The translations under genes and the position numbers were made by a program. 51,168 nucleotides of DNA from a virus (Duplodnaviria > Caudoviricetes). The notes below the pieces were generated by a model. The model saw only the letters and a list, made by a program, of their open reading frames with translations, was not told the DNA's origin and ran no database searches. The stretch covers positions 1 to 51,168 of the IMG/VR virus record IMGVR_UViG_3300006853_000005; one strand, 5' to 3'. Every line of letters begins with the position of its first letter. The stretch's first letter is position 1. This document shows positions 43,985 through 51,168 of this stretch, in pieces.

Positions 43985-44346
43985 ACGACGTCGACACGGT
44001 CCTCGACGCCCTCCGCACCCACGCCAACGGAGGCACCCCCACACCCCGCCTCGTCGCCGCGTGGGCCGCCGACCTCATCGACCACTACCGCACCGCCACA
44101 CCCGACGACCAGATCTGCGGGTGCGGTGACGGGCTCTCCGCCCGCCAGAACGCCCGCTGCGCCAACTGCCAACTCACCGACCGGACGAACCTCGAGGTCC
44201 ACTACGAGGCCATGCGCTCGGTCGCCCGCCGCTACCGGGGCGGGTGGTCGATCGTCGAGGGGGAGTGGTGGCTCGCGTTCGACGTCGACCCCGAACCCAT
44301 CACCCCCGCTGAGCGTCGCGCTCTCGACGACCTGGGGCCGGCATGA
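43981..44346 (+). CDS. hypothetical protein
   Basis: GGAGG RBS, coupled; CGCG..CANC. Confidence 0.65.
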   Translation: MNDVDTVLDALRTHANGGTPTPRLVAAWAADLIDHYRTATPDDQICGCGDGLSARQNARCANCQLTDRTNLEVHYEAMRSVARRYRGGWSIVEGEWWLAFDVDPEPITPAERRALDDLGPA

Positions 44347-45005
44347 CCATCGGCTCCAGCACCCAGCAGTACGGCTCCAGCGTCCTACGCACCCAGGGAC
44401 GCGGCCACGACGGCATCGAGCCACGTGCCCTCGCTCTGCGGTTCATGGCCCACGACGGACACCTCGGTGCCTCCGACCACGACGACGTCCTCTCCGACGC
44501 CATGTACGGCATCGCCCGGGCCATCGCGACCTGGGAGCCCCGGGAGGACGGCGTAGCGCTGACCACCTGGTGCTGGTGGACCATGCGCTCGACCGTCAGC
44601 CATGGCCGACGCCACCGCTCCCGCTTCACCCGGGAGGACCCGATCGACTGGGCACTCGCTCCGGGCGAGTGGCACCCGGAACTGATCGACCCCGGTTACA
44701 AGCGGGTCGAGGACCGGGTCACCCTCCAGCGTTGGGCCGACATGGCACACCTGACCGACGCCCAGGCCGACGTGCTCGGGTGGCTTGCTGTATACGGCGG
44801 CCAGCATGGCACCGCTCCCGGCGGGCACAGCGTCCCCAACCCCACCCGAGGCCGCGGGTCTCTCGGGGTGTCGGCTATCGCCCGGCTGCGGCGCGTTGCC
44901 GTCACCGGGAAGCCGTTCGTCCGTTGGGGCTCCACCGCGGAGACCGCCGGGGTGCCTCGCCCCGATGATCGTCCCGAGGCCGTCCGCAGGGTCGTGGACC
45001 CATGA
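44343..45005 (+). CDS. sigma-70-like factor (region 2 recognisable)
   Basis: DDVLSDAMYGIARAIATWEPREDGVALTTWCWWTMRSTV aligns by eye to sigma region 2.2-2.4; LTDAQADVL resembles the start of region 4. Confidence 0.6.
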   Translation: MTIGSSTQQYGSSVLRTQGRGHDGIEPRALALRFMAHDGHLGASDHDDVLSDAMYGIARAIATWEPREDGVALTTWCWWTMRSTVSHGRRHRSRFTREDPIDWALAPGEWHPELIDPGYKRVEDRVTLQRWADMAHLTDAQADVLGWLAVYGGQHGTAPGGHSVPNPTRGRGSLGVSAIARLRRVAVTGKPFVRWGSTAETAGVPRPDDRPEAVRRVVDP

Positions 45006-45373
45006 GCGTCGCCGCGGGACTCATCGACTGGGCCGAGCAGGGCCCGCAGGCCGACCTGTTGCGCATGGCCCTCATCCTGGCCGTCCCGTTGTGGATCGAC
45101 CGGCACATCGACACGGGCTACGACGACGAGACCCTGATCGCCCACGCCCAGTTCATATGGAACGTCAAGGCCGCTCGTCAGCACGAAGCCCTCCTCTACA
45201 AGGTCAAGGCGCACAAGAGCGGCGGGGAGCGGATCCCGGGTACCGCCGAGGTCTTCAACTGGTTCGCTGAGGCCGTCGCCTGCTGCGCCATCGTCACCGC
45301 TGGCGGCATCGACGTCCTCGGCCTCCACTTCTGCCCCGGCGACTGCGAACGCTGCACCAGGGGGCCGGCATGA
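45002..45373 (+). CDS. hypothetical protein
   Basis: ATGA coupling, high GC3. Confidence 0.7.
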   Translation: MSVAAGLIDWAEQGPQADLLRMALILAVPLWIDRHIDTGYDDETLIAHAQFIWNVKAARQHEALLYKVKAHKSGGERIPGTAEVFNWFAEAVACCAIVTAGGIDVLGLHFCPGDCERCTRGPA

Positions 45374-45431
45374 CCCAGCTCTCCCTCGCCCTCCCGCTCC
45401 CCGACGCCCACACGCTCCCCAAAGGCCACCG

Positions 45432-46688
45432 ATGAGCACCGCCACCTACCTCGTCGGCGACGTCCGGGAGCGGATGGCGCGGCTACCTGATCGGTCGGTC
45501 GACCTCGTCGTCACCTCGCCGCCGTTCCTCGCGCTTCGCTCCTACCTGCCTGTCGACCACCCCGACAAGGCCAAGGAGATCGGCTCCGAACCCACCCCCG
45601 CCGAGTTCCTTCAGACCCTCCTCGAGCTGACCGCCGAGTGGGGACGGCTCCTCGCCCCGCACGGGTCGATCGCTGTCGAGCTGGGCGACACGTACGCCGG
45701 GAGCGGGGGAGCGGGCGGGGACTACAACCCCGACGGGCTCAGGGACGGCCAACCGTCGTTCGGTGGCTCAGCGAAGGCGCGGCGCACCAGCGGCGACTAC
45801 CCGATCAGGGACGACATGCCCCGCCCCAGCCGGCATCAGCGCGATCAGTCGGGGTGGCCAATGGAGAAGTCGCTGTGCGGGATACCCACCCTCTACGCCT
45901 GGTCGCTCGCCTACGGCCGCAACCTCCTCACCGGCGAACCCTCACCGGCGGGGATGTGGCGCATCCGCAACGTCGTCGCCTGGGTCCGCCCCAACCCACC
46001 CGTGGGTGCGCTGGCCGACAAGTACCGGCCCGCCACCAGCTACATCACGATCGCCACTCGGGCCCGTGACCGCTGGTTCGACCTCGACGCCGTCCGCCAG
46101 CCCCTCGCAGCGAAGACACTCACCGTCGCCGACGGCACCCCGCCGAGCGCCAAGAACAACGGCTCACCGTCCGGCCACCACCGACAGGACCGGCTCAACA
46201 ATCTCTCAGGCGCCCCGCCGCTCGACTGGTGGGAGATCACCCCCGGCGGCTACTCCGGCGCCCACTACGCCGTCTTCCCGGCCGAGCTACCGAAGCGGCT
46301 CATCGACTCCATGTGCCCCCGCAAGGTCTGCACCACCTGCGGGCAGCCCTCGAGGCGCATTGTGAAGGCCGAGACGGAGCAGCAGGGCCGGTGGACCGCA
46401 GCGCGTGTGCGCCCCGAGCCCTACACGGCCGGTAACGGCTCGGCCACCGGCCAGCCGTCGTACCGCACGACTCACACAACCCTCGGCTGGACCGACTGCG
46501 GCCACAACACCTGGCGCCCCGGGCTCGTGCTCGACCCCTTCGCCGGCAGCGGCACCACCCTGGCTGTCGCCTCCGGGATGGGCCGCGACTCCATCGGCAT
46601 CGACCTCGACAGCAGGAACGCCGACCTCGCCCGCAACCGGGTCGGCATGTTCCTCGCCGTCGACGACCCAACGGTGGTCGTGTCGTGA
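45432..46688 (+). CDS. N4-C/N6-A DNA methyltransferase (beta order) with CxxC insertion
   Basis: DLVVTSPPF catalytic motif, HYAVFP, VLDPFAGSGTT SAM-binding motif; no cognate restriction enzyme. Confidence 0.92.
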   Translation: MSTATYLVGDVRERMARLPDRSVDLVVTSPPFLALRSYLPVDHPDKAKEIGSEPTPAEFLQTLLELTAEWGRLLAPHGSIAVELGDTYAGSGGAGGDYNPDGLRDGQPSFGGSAKARRTSGDYPIRDDMPRPSRHQRDQSGWPMEKSLCGIPTLYAWSLAYGRNLLTGEPSPAGMWRIRNVVAWVRPNPPVGALADKYRPATSYITIATRARDRWFDLDAVRQPLAAKTLTVADGTPPSAKNNGSPSGHHRQDRLNNLSGAPPLDWWEITPGGYSGAHYAVFPAELPKRLIDSMCPRKVCTTCGQPSRRIVKAETEQQGRWTAARVRPEPYTAGNGSATGQPSYRTTHTTLGWTDCGHNTWRPGLVLDPFAGSGTTLAVASGMGRDSIGIDLDSRNADLARNRVGMFLAVDDPTVVVS

Positions 46689-46790
46689 GCCACTACCGGC
46701 CCGAGACCATCACCAACCACCACGGGACGGCGACGTGAGGTTCGTCCCCACCGACGCCCGGCACCCGCTCGACGACAAGGAGATGTTCTA

Positions 46791-47336
46791 GTGACCTCGG
46801 GTCGGCTGGCTGCCCGCAAGACCATCTACAAGGGCATCGAGATGCGTTCCCGCCTCGAAGCCGGCTACGCGATGTGGCTCGACCAGCGGCGCTGGGACTG
46901 GTCCTACGAGCCCCGTGCCCTCGCCAACGAGGACGGCCTTTACCTGCCCGACTTCCTCATCGAAGGCGTCCGCGACCTGACCTCCGGCCGCACCGGCACC
47001 GCGTACGTGGACGTCAAGCCGCACTACGAGACCGACACGACCGCGCTGCTGCGCCGCATGGAGGCCATCTGGGACAGCGACCCCGACGGTCACCTCCTCA
47101 TCCAGGCCCCCGCGCCTGAAGGATCACAGGTTGCCCTGGTCCGTTGCTTGTGGCGCTTCGAGACCGCCCGAGGCGACGGCAGCAACTCCGAGCACCGCGC
47201 CGAGGGCTGGACCTGCTGGATGGCCGCCTGCCCCCAGATGCCCGGACCCACGCTCGGGAACCCGCTAGCGATCGAATCGAGCCCCTGGCACGGCGAGTGG
47301 TGGAAGGCCGCCACCGACATGGCCCCGACCCAGTGA
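46791..47336 (+). CDS. PD-(D/E)xK endonuclease (T7 endonuclease I-like)
   Basis: YKGIEMRSRLEA..WSYEP..YLPDF..YVDVK. Confidence 0.8.
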   Translation: MTSGRLAARKTIYKGIEMRSRLEAGYAMWLDQRRWDWSYEPRALANEDGLYLPDFLIEGVRDLTSGRTGTAYVDVKPHYETDTTALLRRMEAIWDSDPDGHLLIQAPAPEGSQVALVRCLWRFETARGDGSNSEHRAEGWTCWMAACPQMPGPTLGNPLAIESSPWHGEWWKAATDMAPTQ

Positions 47337-47382
47337 CCTGTCTCCGGGCACCGGCCCCGCGGCTGCGGGGTGAAGGAGCGCC

Positions 47383-48702
47383 GTGAGCGGGACAGCCGAC
47401 GAGCCGTCCCGCTCGGCCGCGCTCGCCAACGTCGACCTCGAACGGGCCCTCATCGGCGCCGCGCTCATCGACTCGGCTGCGGCGGGCCTCGTCGCCGCCA
47501 TGCCCCTCGACGCGTTCTGGGGGCCGGCCAACAACCGTGTCGCGTCGGTGATCGCCGAGCTCGACCGGGACGGCCAGGCGCCCGACGCCCACCTCGTCCA
47601 CGACCGGCTGTCGGCGACTGGTCAGCTCGACGCCGTGGGAGGCCTCGAGGGGGTCCTGGCGATCGCGACGGAGGGAGGTGTGCCCGAGTCGGCCGACCGG
47701 TACCGGGCCGAGCTGCTCGGCCTGCACCGGCTGCGGGTCGATCTGTCCCGTATCGAAGCGGCCCGCCAAGCGATCCTTGGCCGCAACCACGACCTCGCCG
47801 TCGCCTGCCTCGCCACCGTGATCGACGAAGCCCCCGACGACGACACGGTCGCCGATGTCGCCAAGCTCGCCAACGACTACCTCGAGCTGCTCACCGCACG
47901 CGAGAGCGGCGACGTAGGCGGACTCGCGACGGGGATGCGTGACCTCGACGAGATCATCGGTGGCGTCCACCCGGGCAACCTGGTGGTGATCGGGGCACGT
48001 ACCGGGGTCGGCAAGACAGCCGTGCTCTGCCAGCTCGCCACCAACGTGGCCCGTAGCGGCAACCGGGTCCTCGTGGTGTCCCTCGAGATGCCGTGGCCCG
48101 AGCTGTTCGACCGGTGGGTCGGCAACCTCGGCTGGATCGACACCCGCCGGCTACGGCGGGGCGAGATGGGCGACGACGGCTGGAACCGGGCCACGACCGG
48201 GCTCACGTCGCTCGCCAAGATGGCGATCCGGGTCGCCAAGCCCACCACGATGACCGTCCCGGCCATCCGGGCCGAGGCCCGCCAGCACAGCGCCGACCTG
48301 GTGCTCGTCGACTACCTGCAGCTCGTCCACGCCGTCGGCCGGCGCAACACCAACCGGGAGAACGACGTCGGCGAGGTGTCCCGCACGCTCAAGGGCATGG
48401 CCCTCGCCCTCGGCGTCCCCGTCGTCGCCGCGGCGCAACTGAACCGCAACCTCGAAGGCCGGTTCACCAAGAAGCCCGAGCTGTCGGACCTGCGGGACTC
48501 GGGGCAGATCGAACAGGACGCCGACGTCGTGATCATGCCCTACCGGGCCGCCCAGCACGACGACGAAGCCGACCCCTCCGAGATCGAGCTTCTCGTGCGC
48601 AAGAACCGCCACGGCGAGACCGGCGTGGCCTACATGACCTTCCTCGGCCCCACCCAGCACGTGGTCGACCGAGCCACCGAACGTCACCTGAGGAGTGTCT
48701 GA
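47383..48702 (+). CDS. dnaB: DnaB-like replicative helicase
   Basis: GARTGVGKT, SLEM, LVDYLQL, AQLNR, LSDLRDSGQIEQDAD, KNRHG. Confidence 0.95.
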   Translation: MSGTADEPSRSAALANVDLERALIGAALIDSAAAGLVAAMPLDAFWGPANNRVASVIAELDRDGQAPDAHLVHDRLSATGQLDAVGGLEGVLAIATEGGVPESADRYRAELLGLHRLRVDLSRIEAARQAILGRNHDLAVACLATVIDEAPDDDTVADVAKLANDYLELLTARESGDVGGLATGMRDLDEIIGGVHPGNLVVIGARTGVGKTAVLCQLATNVARSGNRVLVVSLEMPWPELFDRWVGNLGWIDTRRLRRGEMGDDGWNRATTGLTSLAKMAIRVAKPTTMTVPAIRAEARQHSADLVLVDYLQLVHAVGRRNTNRENDVGEVSRTLKGMALALGVPVVAAAQLNRNLEGRFTKKPELSDLRDSGQIEQDADVVIMPYRAAQHDDEADPSEIELLVRKNRHGETGVAYMTFLGPTQHVVDRATERHLRSV

Positions 48703-49679
48703 TGCAACCAGTCGACCGCTTCACGTGGGAACGAGGCCTCAGGAACGACCCCGGTGCCAGAGGGGTCCGCCTGGCCGTGCTGTTGACCCTCGGGACCTAC
48801 ATGGACGCCGACGGCACCAACGCCCGACCGACCCAGAAGGCCCTCGCCGAGGCGTGCGGGCTCAGGGAACGGGCCGTGCGCAGCCACCTGACGTGGGCCG
48901 TCGACAACGGGTGGCTCGAGGTCGTCCAGCGCGGCCACCACATCGTCAACACGGGCCGTTCGGTGGCGTCCCTGTACCGGGCCAGCACTCCACAACCGGC
49001 ACCCACCGACCGGTTGTACGACCCTCCTACTACCGGCACCCAGGAGCCGGTTGTGGAGGACACAACCGGCGTCACCGTGCCGGTTGTGAACCCCCCCGAG
49101 GCCCCACAACCGGCACGAAACGTCCCCACAACCGGCACCGGGGTGCCGCCTACCACGAACCAAAAACCCCCTACCTCAAGTACCGCGGTAACTCACGAGG
49201 GCCCCGAAGCGGTCGAAGAGGCGGCGAAGGGCAGGATCACCCCCAGCCGCATCCTCACCGAGATGGCCCGCCGGCGGCTCGTCGTCCTCAGACAACAACG
49301 GCTACCGACCGCCCCGCCCGAAGGATGCGACCCGCGGCGGGTCGAAGGGTTCCTCCGGGTCGAGGTCGACGCGCTCCGGGCCCAGCACGGGTTCGCCCTC
49401 GACGCGCTCATCGCCCGCAACCACCCCGAGCACCCCGCCAAACCACGCCACGCGGATCCCGACTGGTACGTCTGGCGGCTCGACCCCGACCTCGCCCGCC
49501 GCGACTGGTCCCTACCCACCGCAGCCGAGACCCGAGCCCGCCACGACGCCGAACGAGCCGCCTGGGCGCTCGACACCCCCGAGAAGGTCGCAGCCAACCG
49601 CGCCGGCCGCGAGGCCGCCATGGCCCTGCGCGACGAGCTTCGTGAATCCCGCAGACAACGAGAGCAGGTCCCAGCATGA
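48702..49679 (+). CDS. replication initiator (N-terminal winged HTH) containing the origin
   Basis: VLLTLGTYMD..ARPTQKALAEACGLRERAVRSHL..GWLEV; internal iterons. Confidence 0.8.
   Translation: MQPVDRFTWERGLRNDPGARGVRLAVLLTLGTYMDADGTNARPTQKALAEACGLRERAVRSHLTWAVDNGWLEVVQRGHHIVNTGRSVASLYRASTPQPAPTDRLYDPPTTGTQEPVVEDTTGVTVPVVNPPEAPQPARNVPTTGTGVPPTTNQKPPTSSTAVTHEGPEAVEEAAKGRITPSRILTEMARRRLVVLRQQRLPTAPPEGCDPRRVEGFLRVEVDALRAQHGFALDALIARNHPEHPAKPRHADPDWYVWRLDPDLARRDWSLPTAAETRARHDAERAAWALDTPEKVAANRAGREAAMALRDELRESRRQREQVPA
48991..49147. repeat. iteron array CACAACCGGC (probable origin of replication)
   Basis: Direct copies at 48991, 49061, 49105, 49127 (variant ~49028); inverted copies ~49010, 49046, 49079. 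Confidence 0.85.
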
Positions 49680-50005
49680 TCAACCAGAAACCGATGCTCT
49701 TCGGCGTCCACGCCGAGGGCCGTGGTGACACCGCCCATGGCAGTCAGCACTGGTGCGTCGGACTACCGGACGGACGCGAAGCGCACGTTCTCGTAGACAG
49801 CGTCGAGGTGCTCCCCAACGGTGCCCTCCGCTGCGTCGGGGCGTACCGACCAAACCCGACCGCCCCGCCCGACGGGGACGAGCAGACCACGCTGCTGCTG
49901 GCCCCCGGCGCCTGGGTCCACGCGTACGCCCACGGCTTCGACGGCGCACCCGTCGCGGTCACCTACCTGCCGGACCCGACGGCACCCCGAAAGGACCAGC
50001 CGTGA
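49676..50005 (+). CDS. hypothetical protein
   Basis: ATGA coupling. Confidence 0.7.
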   Translation: MINQKPMLFGVHAEGRGDTAHGSQHWCVGLPDGREAHVLVDSVEVLPNGALRCVGAYRPNPTAPPDGDEQTTLLLAPGAWVHAYAHGFDGAPVAVTYLPDPTAPRKDQP

Positions 50006-50625
50006 CCGTCACGGTTAACGCAGCGAAGAACCTCTTCGACCAGCTCCGGGCCCTCCACCAGAACAAGGACGCCAACGTCAAGATCCCCACCCGCCTCGTC
50101 GACTGGCTCGAGACCCGGATGCTCGCCGCCCTCGAACGAGACCGAACCGGAGCGCTCACGGTCGACGGGTGGCCAGCCTCCACAACCGGAAGCGGCGCGA
50201 CCGGCCTCCCGACATCCAGCGTCGAAGCTGCTGTCGTCTCGCTCGTCGACCACCGCCAACCGAGGGACTACCACCACGAGCTCACCCTCCGAGCGGCACG
50301 AGCCCTCGAAGACGCCGTCATCGCGCTCAACACGTGCCGGTCGGCGCTCAACTCGATCGACGACCTCACCAAGACCCGGGTCGACCCCGAGGAACCGCAG
50401 ACCTGCGCCCACTGCACCGGCAAGCGGGGCAGCAACGCCGACCGGCCCGTGTACGCCACGAGCACCGTCGCCGACCGCCTCGAGCGATCCCTGGCTCTGT
50501 GCTCTGCGTGCTGGCACTTCGTCGAGCAGACCGCACCCGCCGCCTCACGGGCCGGCTACCTCCCGTCCGACGAACAGATCCGGGACCACGAAGACCGCGG
50601 TCGCTGGCGCATCCGCGTCGCGTGA
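50002..50625 (+). CDS. zinc-finger protein, possible late transcription regulator
   Basis: CAHC..LCSACW; last early gene before a non-coding gap. Confidence 0.6.
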   Translation: MTVTVNAAKNLFDQLRALHQNKDANVKIPTRLVDWLETRMLAALERDRTGALTVDGWPASTTGSGATGLPTSSVEAAVVSLVDHRQPRDYHHELTLRAARALEDAVIALNTCRSALNSIDDLTKTRVDPEEPQTCAHCTGKRGSNADRPVYATSTVADRLERSLALCSACWHFVEQTAPAASRAGYLPSDEQIRDHEDRGRWRIRVA

Positions 50626-50722
50626 AGTCGGAACCCGGAACCACCGATGACGTGCACATCTACAGCCGGTATGTACTATGTGCGCTAAGTGGCAGGGCGT
50701 GTCACTGAACGGGGCGGGCTGA

Positions 50723-51085
50723 GTGCCCCGCCGCCCCTGCCTCGGTCCCCCCGGCATCCCCTGCCCCACCCAGTCCCTGGCCCAACCAGGCAAACCACGC
50801 TGCACCACCTGTGAAGCCGCACACCAGCGGCAACGCAACACCACACGCCCCCAGTACCGAGGCGACTGGCCGGCCCAGGCACGGGCAGCCATCGCCACAC
50901 ACCGAGCCCAACACGGCGACGTGTGCCCAGGCTGGAACCGCCAGCCACATCGGATAGACCCTGCCGACTGGACCTGCGACCACGACATCGGTCCGCTGTG
51001 CCGGCCGTGCAACGGCAGCAAGGGTGGCAGCGAGGATCGACGGCGAGCCGAGACTCGCCGGACCGGACTCGACCAACAAGCCTGA
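50723..51085 (+). CDS. terminase-associated HNH endonuclease
   Basis: MPRRPCL..RC..YRGDW..CPGW..TCDH..LCRPCNGSKG; upstream of terS on the circle. Confidence 0.85.
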   Translation: MPRRPCLGPPGIPCPTQSLAQPGKPRCTTCEAAHQRQRNTTRPQYRGDWPAQARAAIATHRAQHGDVCPGWNRQPHRIDPADWTCDHDIGPLCRPCNGSKGGSEDRRRAETRRTGLDQQA

Positions 51086-51139
51086 TCCGCCACGCAACGT
51101 GCCCCCAACAGGTACCCCCAGGGGTAGGGGGAGGGGGTC

Positions 51140-51168
51140 CGACGGGCTCCAGGCCACGTCACCCGGAC
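51140..51168. repeat. 29-bp terminal direct repeat, right copy
   Basis: Identical to 1-29. Confidence 0.95.

Noticed and set aside
44351-44397. Short tandem duplication (cggctccagc twice) at the start of the sigma-like gene
   Set aside because: Only 10 bp, in frame, and plausible by chance or slippage in GC-rich DNA
45432-47336. Restriction-modification pair (methyltransferase plus endonuclease)
   Set aside because: The nuclease has the RSxLE..YxPDF resolvase/endonuclease-I pattern; orphan methyltransferases are common in phages; SPPF is a normal catalytic-motif variant
48991-49147. Possible CRISPR-like or mini-array repeats
   Set aside because: Units are about 10 bp, occur in both orientations and lie inside the initiator ORF; no cas genes; consistent with iterons

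Overview
The window appears to be a complete, circular ~51.1 kb temperate siphophage genome. It is GC-rich and probably infects a non-mycolic actinomycete (inference). The first and last 29 bp are identical, which indicates an assembly overlap. Gene order: HNH/terS/terL packaging module; HK97-type portal, protease and capsid; a seven-gene glycan-modification cassette (4 glycosyltransferase genes, 2 SAM methyltransferases, 1 NeuD/PglD-like acetyltransferase) between the capsid and head-tail connector genes; tail genes (two paralogous tail-tube-like genes, G/GT chaperone frameshift, tape measure, minor tails); Amidase_3 lysis cassette; a leftward accessory operon (XRE, ParB-like, RHH); an intact attP with a tRNA-Ser-like core and a tyrosine integrase; a cI/cro switch with readable promoters and operators; and a long translationally coupled early region (Xis, Gam-like, Sak4-like AAA ATPase, SLOG, a second recombinase of the large serine type, DUF4326, sigma-like protein, DNA methyltransferase, endonuclease, DnaB, and a replication initiator with an internal iteron array). 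The best candidate for a novel system is the capsid-operon glycosylation/methylation/acetylation cassette, which may build a decorated virion glycan. All product calls come from motifs recognised by eye and from synteny; no database search was run.
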